DNA of 64,000 nt from Octopus bimaculoides (taxonomy: Eukaryota): NCBI RefSeq assembly GCF_001194135.2, contig NC_068981.1:52423494-52487493 (forward strand), in the 5' to 3' direction. A model generated the notes under the pieces. The model had not been told where the DNA came from, searched no databases, and worked only from the letters and a program-made list of their open reading frames with translations. A program made the position numbers and the translations under genes. Every line of letters starts with the position of its first letter. The first letter of the stretch is position 1. Positions 55,801 through 64,000 of this stretch are shown one piece after another.

Positions 55801-58800
55801 AACTTTACCTACTTTTTACTCATAATGTATAAAGAGAAAGCCAGATAGCAGGAAGAACAGCTAACTACTAAATTAAAAAAGTTTGTGAGAACAAAATAAA
55901 TTCGAAAACGATAGAAAGCCAACTTGTAGTTCAATCAATATAGTTACTAGCCATATTTTACTAAATTTTAAAATAATACATTATAATAAAATGTTTGAAA
56001 GTATAATTTTAATGGAATTACAAAGCTAAATAATAATCATTGTTTCCATTCTCACAATATCAAAATTTATGAGCTTCACTATACTATGCACCAAATAATT
56101 GCACTGGTTTTTAAAAACTTTTCCACTCCATACTGGTACACATCAAAACATGTAGTAAATGAGTGTCAGCTTGTCTTTGCTCTTGTGTTCAACATTGAAA
56201 TTCTTACACTGACAGGCATATAATTTCTTATCTTCTGAAAATACTAATTAAAAAAAACTGGAATAAGAAATGGAAAATGGGAAAACAGAGGAGGAAAACA
56301 AATTTGAGAAAAAAAATGTACCTCTCCACCTTCCCTAGCTGAAGTGATTAAAGACAAGTCAGGTGGGAGTGCTCCATTGTTAGCTGCTCTAGCTGCTTCA
56401 TCATTTGCGTAGGGCTTTGGAAACCTGTCTGATAATTTTCCAGGGCGTTCAAACATATTGCCATCATCATCAGGCCCATCAAGCACCTGGATCTAGAAAG
56501 GATAAAAAATTTTTTTCAATTAAAATTAAAAACTGATTTAACACATGCTTACAAATTTGAAATAACTTAAGAGTTTAAATATACGAAGTTAATAAAATAC
56601 TATAAGGACACTCGTTAAGCACTATCTAGAGAGGTTTATTAAGTCTTACTTTTGATTTAATTTTGATAGGAATTGTGAACATCTACTAATATGTGCATTA
56701 GCTTGACATAGGCTATTTGGTGACAATCCAGATATAATAATTAGGAAGATATTTACTTCTTCGGCTTCAATTCGTGCTTCATCTTCAGTATGGGAAACAT
56801 CTATGAGATTACGGTAACACAAATACCGCATACTGTGACATGCTGCACATACTTGTTTATAAACCTGGTAACCACGGCGAATACTGAAAAACAAAACTAT
56901 GAAAAGTTAGTTAAAAGTAAAAATCAAAATTTTATGAGCTGAAATGTGAATTGAAAAAAAAAAGGACATACTATAAAAGTATCTTAAATTCAAATTAATA
57001 TAGAAATTAGCATTTTTTTTTATAACTACTTACAGAATAACTAAAAGTCCCCTCTTTTATACATAACATAAAAAAGAAACTTATCTGCTCTTTTTTTCTA
57101 CTTGCTTATTTTTCAACTTTATGTTGCCCAGCTAAACTATCATACTCAACAAATCTTCTTTTTCTCAATTTTTTAGTGCTCATATTTCACTTCCATAAAG
57201 AATGTTTGCCATGCATGTTAGAGAATTGTGTTTCCCAATTAGGGATCTCAAGAACCTTAGGTTTCCATAAGAAATTGTGGATAAATTGACGAGTTATATG
57301 CAAATGGATTTTTGAGTCATTTTGTCTTTGGTTTAATTCTATATTTGTAATTACATTATACATGCATAGCATATTTGAAATCTGTAGGTAGCAAAACAAT
57401 CCTATAGGAAAAAAAAATGACTTCTTTGTAGGGAATTGCAGAGGAAATTGGTTTAACAAAAACTTGGATAGCACAAAATTGCTTATTCTATCTTTGTAGT
57501 GTCTGATAGATTAGTACTACCAAATGTTTCAAAAATTGTTGTATGATTTGCTTAATCTCTAATGAAATTTTAACTTTGACAAAGAAAAAGGTGTGTCTTT
57601 GTGTCTGTCCCCACCATAGCTTGACAACTGGTGTTTGTTTGTTTAACCAAACATGGCTGATGCCAGTACCACCGGACTGGCTCCTGTGCCGGTGGCACAT
57701 AAAAAGCTCCAGCCGAACGTGGTCAATGCTAGGTCTGCCTGACTGGCTCCCATGCTAGTGGCACATAAAAAGCACCAACCGATTGTGACCGATGCCAGTA
57801 CCCCCTGACAGGCTCCTGTGCTGGTGGTACATAAAAAACAGCATCTGAACGTGATCATTGCCAGGCCCGTCTGACTGGCTCCTGTGCTGGTGGCATGTAA
57901 AAAGCACCCACTACACTCTCAGTGGTTAGTATAGGAAGGGCATCCAGCTGTAGAAACATTGCCAGATCAGATTGGAGCCTGGTGCAGTTGCTGGCTCTCC
58001 AGACCTCAGTCAAACTGTCCAACCCATGCCAGCATGGAAAAATGGACGTTAAACGATGATGATGATGATATATATATATATATATATATAGGTATTAACT
58101 ATTGGAAAAAAAATACTCAATACCATGGCAGAGATTAATATTTTATTTTGGCTGAGTCAGTCTCTTGGTACTCTGAGTTTCACCTGTAGGTGCAAAGTTG
58201 TGTTTTACATTTGTATGTAAACATATATGCAGGGAATATAACCATTGTGTATAAAACAACAGTAAATTCCCTACCATATTAAATTTAGATATCTTGTAAA
58301 TGATAAAATATGGGAACTTCTTTTGTTTTATGCAGCAGATTATGATATCACCGACAATAAAGAAACAACTGTATTGGTGATGCCAACTAGTAAATGCAGC
58401 TATGCAATGCAAAAAAGATAATGCAAAGAGGGAGAGGGTTTACAGATAACCACGTTTTCTGTGCAGTAGGTGGATTTTTAATGTAAATCAATAATTTGAT
58501 GAACCAGTGGATTGGATGATATGAATATCTGATTTTACAACATCTAAATGAAGATATTTTAAGCAATGAAAATGTGTCCAGAATTGGATGAAAATCATCA
58601 TCATCATCGTTTAACGTCCGCTTTCCATGCTAGCATGGGTTGGACGATTTGACTGAGGACTGGTGGAATCTGATGGCTACATCAGACTCCAATCTGATTT
58701 AGCAGAGTTTCTACAGCTGGATGCCCTTCCTAACGCCAACCACTCCGAGAGTGTAGTGGGTGCTTTTATGTGTCACCGGCTTAAACTAAGGAGGGAGGGC

Positions 58801-61520
58801 AACACTCATGGCCTTTTTGCTGGCTGCTGAAATTGGTGGAGTAAAGGGAGGAGAAAATCACAACTTATGGATTATCCTCAAACTGGGGAAGGGGCCAAAG
58901 GTCAGATGCTGGTGTTATACTGAGTACCAGAATAAATATACGGACCAACCACAGACATAAATAATCCAGCTAATAGGTTAATGTTTTTTTTGGCCTGAAG
59001 AGATACAAGAGAGCATCTATCTGGTTGCTGAATCTATTAGAAATAGCATCCAGCTCATCCTAACCTTAATCCTACTGGCTTAAAAAAGAAAAAGGATACA
59101 TTAAACAGTGTTGCTCTAGATATACAAAATTATGAGATGGTCATGGCTAATTTGTGAGCAAACAATACCTTACCTCGCATGGTCAAAAGCATCAAATATT
59201 CCCTGATGTTTCCAGGCATACTTTGGAGGATGCAGTGCGCCAGATGCAAACACAGCCTGATTTACAGCTACAGCATAAGTGGCAGCTCCCAAACCAGTTA
59301 GTCCAACAAGTGTATAAACCTAAAACAAAGATAGAAAAAATTATATATATAAATCTGTGTGTGCACGCGCATGCATGTGTGTGTATATTTTTTTTTTCAT
59401 ACAGAGCTTAGTTAATGTCACAGAATATACTGATTAAAGAAAACTATTACTAATATTTTTAATATTTAATTTAAAAGGTTTACAAAAATTTGTTAAATAA
59501 TTGCTGCTTGATATCAAATTTTGTATTCTCTCCTTTGTATAATCCAATTTGGTCTTGTGTAAGAGGTGGGTTTCTCATTTCTTATGTACTCCAACCTAAT
59601 AACTGGTTCAGTTAGCTCTTTTAGTTATACTTTGGTTGTTATTATTTAAAACTCTTGGTTTGCAAACCTATGTTCAAAAGTATTCAATCCATGACTCATT
59701 AGTAATTTCCCTTTCAAGCTCAATGTATATAGGACTACACAAAATTAGATCCTCGAAAATTTTCTTAAATTGTTCCCTTGACACTAGCAAAGCTTCTTAC
59801 TGTGATACGAGTAATTTCATACAAAGCCTCCTATATATAAGGTTCTGAAAGCAATTTGGCTTTTTTTTCTAGCAAATTGAGTTACCACATAAAAGCTCCT
59901 TCATTTGTTGATAGACAGATAGATATATGCAAATGTCATTCTCTAATGTTTAATTGAAAATGATGAATCTATAAAGTGTATAAGAATCTTGTTCAATACA
60001 TCTTGCTCATAGCTTTTACAGGGATCAATTAGAAAGAAACCAGAAGCAGAAAATAATAACACTAAAGTCTCATAAATGTTGCAAACATCAACTTCATCTT
60101 TACAAACTTTATCAATATATTTTTAGATATTTATAAAAATATATTCCTATGGCAGATGCCAGTGCTGCCTGACTGGCTCCCATGCTGGTGGCATGCAATA
60201 AGCACCATTCGTGCATGGGTTGTTGCCAGTGCCACATGTCTGGCTCCCCATGCCAGTGGCACGTAAAAAGCACCATCCGAACGTGGTTGATGCCAGCCTC
60301 CAAATGTCTGGCACAAATATATCAGTGGAACTAAATAAAATACTTGCATATGCAAAAGTTGATTTTAAAAAATAGAATTTATATGTGTTGGTTTAGAAAG
60401 AATTAGATGGTTTTGTTTGAAATAAGAGATACTGCATACAAAATTATTTGTGACAATCTTCAACAAATGTGAAAGTAGAGGAAAAATACCATTTAACTTT
60501 CTTTCACTTTTTAAATTGGAACCTATGTTTCATGACCATCTGAAGTTGTTGAAATAATTATTAATAAAATGATAACACTCATTCATAGAAGAAAATATTC
60601 CTTTTTCAAAACAGAAATCATTGTATTTCATTAGGAAATTGTAAAGCTGTGATAAATAACATGGCAATGGTCAAATAAGTTTTCTTTACAAGAGATTTTG
60701 CAGTATTAGACATATAAAGTTATTTAAGCATGCATAAATAAAATAACAGAAATGTACCATCAGATGAAACTATATGACCATGAGCTAGCCTAACAATGAT
60801 TAATTTGTGAAGATGATGTCTTACAACCAGATTACATATGTAACAATTATTTTATTTTTACTAAATTTTCATGTTTTAATCATATATTAATGTTTTTTCT
60901 TTATATTTTCTTCTAAATCAGCAAGATTTAATTATTTGTCTCTAGGATACCACAGAGACATTTTATTTTTACTAAGCATACAATATTAATCATCACACCC
61001 CACCACCACTACCATTTTTTTCTTCTTTTTGTTATACATTTCCTTTTAAATCAGCAAGACTTAATTCTCTCTCTTGCTCAGATACTACAGAGATATCAAC
61101 TAAACCATATACATTTGGATTTCTCTCATTGAAACTCAATACATAAAGCCTTCTAATATTTTTGATGGTGATGAGCTGTTTTATATCACCCTTTCCACTA
61201 ATAGGACAGATTTTGTTGAAACCGTGCACCAAAGAAGGTTCTTACAGTTAACAGTTTAGTGAAAATGAAGTAGAACCTGTTTTTGTTAGTTTTGTAAACT
61301 AAATTGAGCTTAGGAAAAATATTTCATATTGATGTTTTGCTGTTAATGGTTCTGCTGATTAAGAGGACTCAAAAAATCTTTAGAGGCAATATTAATTGTA
61401 AGATTATTAATAAATGCTGACCATTTAGGTTCTATCAATGTCTTCTTTATAATGCAATGTAGAAAAGAATTTACTTACTACTTGCTTTCTTGTGCCAGAG
61501 TTTTTAAAAGAGAAGCCAGC
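52728..61520 (-). CDS. CYC1: Cytochrome c1, heme protein, mitochondrial (complex III); spliced gene, 5'-incomplete
   Basis: complement join(61479..61520,59174..59319,56757..56883,56322..56492,54974..55121,53595..53695,52728..52829) = 837 nt in phase. Heme motif CAACH at 56835-56849, LPPDLSLI, axial Met in [17 protein letters not shown], and a C-terminal TM helix followed by [13 protein letters not shown]. Exon 1 was not found and probably lies beyond 64000. Confidence 0.97.
53595..53695 (-). CDS. CYC1: CYC1 exon (101 nt)
   Basis: ttgtag|GA ACA...AAG|gtaagt; (G)[33 protein letters not shown]. Confidence 0.97.
54974..55121 (-). CDS. CYC1: CYC1 exon (148 nt)
   Basis: ttttag|GAT...GAT G|gtaagt; [49 protein letters not shown]. 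Confidence 0.97.
55565..55790 (+). mobile_element. Distinct tRNA-derived SINE (family D)
   Basis: GGAGGCATGTGGCTTAGTGGTTAGGG...GGTTTTGAATCC head, then TTGAGCAAAACACTTCAT...CTCCAGTTCACTCAGCTGGCAAAAATGAGT body. Confidence 0.7.
56322..56492 (-). CDS. CYC1: CYC1 exon (171 nt)
   Basis: ttctag|ATC...GAG|gtacat; [57 protein letters not shown]. Confidence 0.97.
56757..56883 (-). CDS. CYC1: CYC1 exon (127 nt) with CXXCH
   Basis: tttcag|T ATT...GAA|gtaaat; [42 protein letters not shown]. Confidence 0.97.
57650..58068 (+). mobile_element. RTE 3' UTR insertion (4 repeat units)
   Basis: GCCAGT..ACTGGC / GTGCC..GGCAC units plus the conserved end. Confidence 0.85.
58595..58780 (-). mobile_element. RTE terminal insertion
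   Basis: Reverse complement of the conserved end. Similar partial copies at about 2662-2850, 44465-44620, 47995-48145, 52915-53020 (-) and 60145-60300 (+). Confidence 0.85.
59174..59319 (-). CDS. CYC1: CYC1 exon (146 nt): hydrophobic sorting segment and mature N-terminus
   Basis: ttttag|GTT...GCG AG|gtaagg; [48 protein letters not shown](S). Confidence 0.93.
61479..61520 (-). CDS. CYC1: CYC1 presequence mini-exon (42 nt, or 39 nt with the alternative donor)
   Basis: ttttttttccag|GCT GGC TTC...AAG CAA GTA|gtaagt; [14 protein letters not shown], phase 0 into the next exon; basic, presequence-like. Confidence 0.7.
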
Positions 61521-61999
61521 CTGGAAAAAAAAAGTTCTTACATAAGACAAAGCCATAAATTTAGAGGGAGATAAACAGATGACTGTACTGACTAGTATTT
61601 GATTAGTACTTTATTGACTTCAGAAAGATGAAAGGTAAAGATGACCTTGGAGAGAGTTGAACTTAGAATGTAATGGGTTGGGACAAATAGCTATTTTGTT
61701 CAATGCTCTTACAAGTCTGTCAATCCAATCCACTACTCTCATGAATAATAATTTCCTTTGTGAGGTGTTGGTGGTAGTATAAGGATGAAATATAGCACAA
61801 AGTGAGAATTAAATTGAATAAAAAACACTGCAAAATCAATAAAAACATAACCGTGTTGAAGACCACCTAGGGTGGTAATTCATTGGTAAGTCCCCATACA
61901 AAGTCACAGATTACTCTGCTGCATCAAAAGGTATCCAAACAGGAAGAAAGAAACTGAAAGGACTTCTTTTGTTTATTATCACTTATTAATAAAAGCAAA

Positions 62000-64000
62000 G
62001 TCAGAATAGGCTTCTTCAACTCATCAATCTTGCTACTTCTATCCACTTTTTGTTAATACAATAAAAGGCAATACTCCTCCTTCTGCCCTCTCCTTCAAGT
62101 GCTACTTGAAGAAGCAGATGAAAGCTTAGCCGAAGAGGAAAACACCTGTCCTAAAACTTCTTAAACATGTTCATTACACAACTTCTTTCACTACAGTCAG
62201 TAGATAGAGAAAGACTAACCACACCAACCTGCCAATGAAAGTGGTAGGTTAATTTTCACTATTGACTCAGCTGATTGTCATGGCAGTGATATCATCTGTG
62301 CATGAGGACATAACACTCCCGTGACTTAGTTCAAGTGGGATGTCCTTTGAAGTTTCCATCCTTTGCAGCAATGGTTCCCAGCACCAACACATGCTTGACA
62401 GACTGGTGTGTGGTACAAAATGGTTTTGAAAGGTGGCCATTTAGTTTGATCACTGAACAGGTGCCGCTATACACTGTAGTAATCAAGCCTCTGAAAACAG
62501 AATTGAAACCAACTGCTCTTAGTTCAACCACTAGATAGAGGTACACAACTTTGTCAAAAGAACTGAACTAAGTCAAACTGACCAATGCTCCACTGAAGCC
62601 AGATCTATTCTCAACTGGCTCAACAATGATGAGAAGATTGTTGAGGACAGATCTACAAGGGATCACTCAAGAGTTTGTATGTCTTCACACCAACCTCTTG
62701 GCAAGCATTTTGCATTTAGCTTGAGTTGTGGGCCTGAAGATCTCTATCACATCTCTGTTTTTTAGGTCCTCAGCAGTGCATCCTTACAACTGAAGTACAT
62801 AGAGAGGCTTTCATGTTTCATATGGTTATTCCTACACAGCACATCATTTGTGGTTTGTCTTTTGACAGATGAGTTTCTTTTGTACTATACTATTCTCTAT
62901 AAGCTATCTCTTTGTTAAAAGTTAAAATGTTACTCTAATTTTTCTCTTTAATCATCAATAACAGCTGATTATCATCAACATGTGGTTGATAGTCCCTGTT
63001 ATTTCCCCTTTAATTAGTTCTCTAATCTGGTCACTGAAGTATCTGCACAATGAAAGATGTTTCAACTTCCTGTCCAGGTCTATCTATTGATCTTTTCTAA
63101 GCTGATAGGAAAGGCCACAAATCTGTAATGCATTTAACCAACTTATGTTAACCCTTTCATTACCAACCTGGCTGAAACCAGCTCTGGCTCTAAGTACAAA
63201 TGTCTTGTTTTCTTAAGTTTTTAATTAAAATCTTCCACCAAACTTTAGTCACAATTTATGTTCTTAACACTAGCTGAATGATAACTAAATTATTTTACTA
63301 AATTCATTGTTATATTTAAAGTAATTGAAAGAAACAGAGGATCTCAAAAAAAAATACAGTAATGAAAGGGTTAAGCTTATTTGCTAGCCTGATGAAAATT
63401 CTAAGCACGACCTGATTGAAATGCTGCAATTTGACCATGTCTACATTAGAACATTAGTTGAAGGGTTCATCTAAAAGTTGCTGTTGCCACAGGGCAGAAA
63501 ACCTTGAAGTGATCTGTTATGTCATATTTGTAGTGCACTGGCAGTCTTCCATCACATTTTTTTGCACTCTTTGAACCAAGAGTTATCTGGGGTCTCAGCA
63601 AAATCCTCAGTTAAGACCAACACATAGAAGCCCAGAAACATTCACATTTTGTGCTACCAGGGAGTGGACTTCTGTGTTCCTCTAGCACAGCTTTCCTCTG
63701 GCTTGGCCTCTGTGGTGCATGATGTTGGCGGCTTGGATTTGTCACCGGTTTTCCCAAGTACAGTGAAATCATCATGAAATCTTAGGATGTGTAAGTGGTT
63801 GTAATGACTCATTGGCCTTCATTATACTGTTGCAGACAGCAACAAATGTCTGAAATTGCTTCCTCCTTACTAATTAATATCTGTACCATTTCTTGTGGGC
63901 ATTTTTCTGTTTGCGCTGTACTCAGATGTTTATGACGTATACCCTCATATCTTTATTCTTTTCTTCCTTATTATTGAGGACGTTGGTGAAGATGACATCA
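62000..64000 (-). mobile_element. Decayed L1/Tx1-clade LINE in CYC1 intron 1
   Basis: KMLAKRL, RSVLNNL, ALVSL..FDKV.YLYL..LRAVGF..FRGLITTVYSG..SVIKLNGHLSKPF and TDDIT; an endonuclease-like TDH near 63500. Boundaries are approximate. Confidence 0.6.
63152..63370. mobile_element. piggyBac-like MITE with TTAA target duplication
   Basis: TTAA-CCCTTTCATTAC ... GTAATGAAAGGG-TTAA; perfect 12-bp TIR, 219 bp. Confidence 0.85.

Noticed and set aside
58250-58330. Degenerate hairpin in a CYC1 intron
   Set aside because: Pairing relies on A/T runs and needs several gaps; not distinguishable from AT-rich background by eye.
61032-61232. 66-aa minus-strand ORF in a CYC1 intron ([19 protein letters not shown]...)
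   Set aside because: Starts at TTG, has no good splice sites and no motif I recognise. A BLASTP or RNA-seq check could revive it.

Overview
AT-rich, repeat-dense animal genomic DNA from a draft scaffold with two N gaps. The repeat families and protein style suggest a coleoid cephalopod, most likely Octopus; this is an inference. I reconstructed three spliced genes by hand from GT-AG sites with consistent reading frames. (1) SLC25A26, the mitochondrial SAM carrier, + strand, 8 coding exons at 1036-14112, with exon 1 upstream of the window. (2) CEP83/CCDC41, - strand, 10 coding exons at 15086-35560 (about 715 aa), plus a candidate start exon at 39735-39770 and a probable 5' exon at about 42790-42890. 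(3) CYC1, cytochrome c1, - strand, 7 coding exons at 52728-61520, with exon 1 not found. Introns and intergenic DNA hold four mariner relics, a DD37D-like relic, RTE, CR1-like and Tx1-like LINE fragments, several modular tRNA-derived SINEs, piggyBac-like and pogo-like MITEs, and microsatellites. The most interesting unexplained structures are three long foldback palindromes (332-607, 48161-48492, 51096-51242) and three decayed hammerhead-ribozyme-like motifs, each sense to the adjacent gene and each with G12 replaced by A. Also notable are a PHD-type C4HC3 finger inside RTE ORF2, a variable-copy triple-hairpin module in the RTE 3' UTR, and a uORF/alternative-start arrangement in CEP83. There is no CRISPR, rRNA or intact tRNA gene, and I see no clear evidence of a wholly new protein-coding system.
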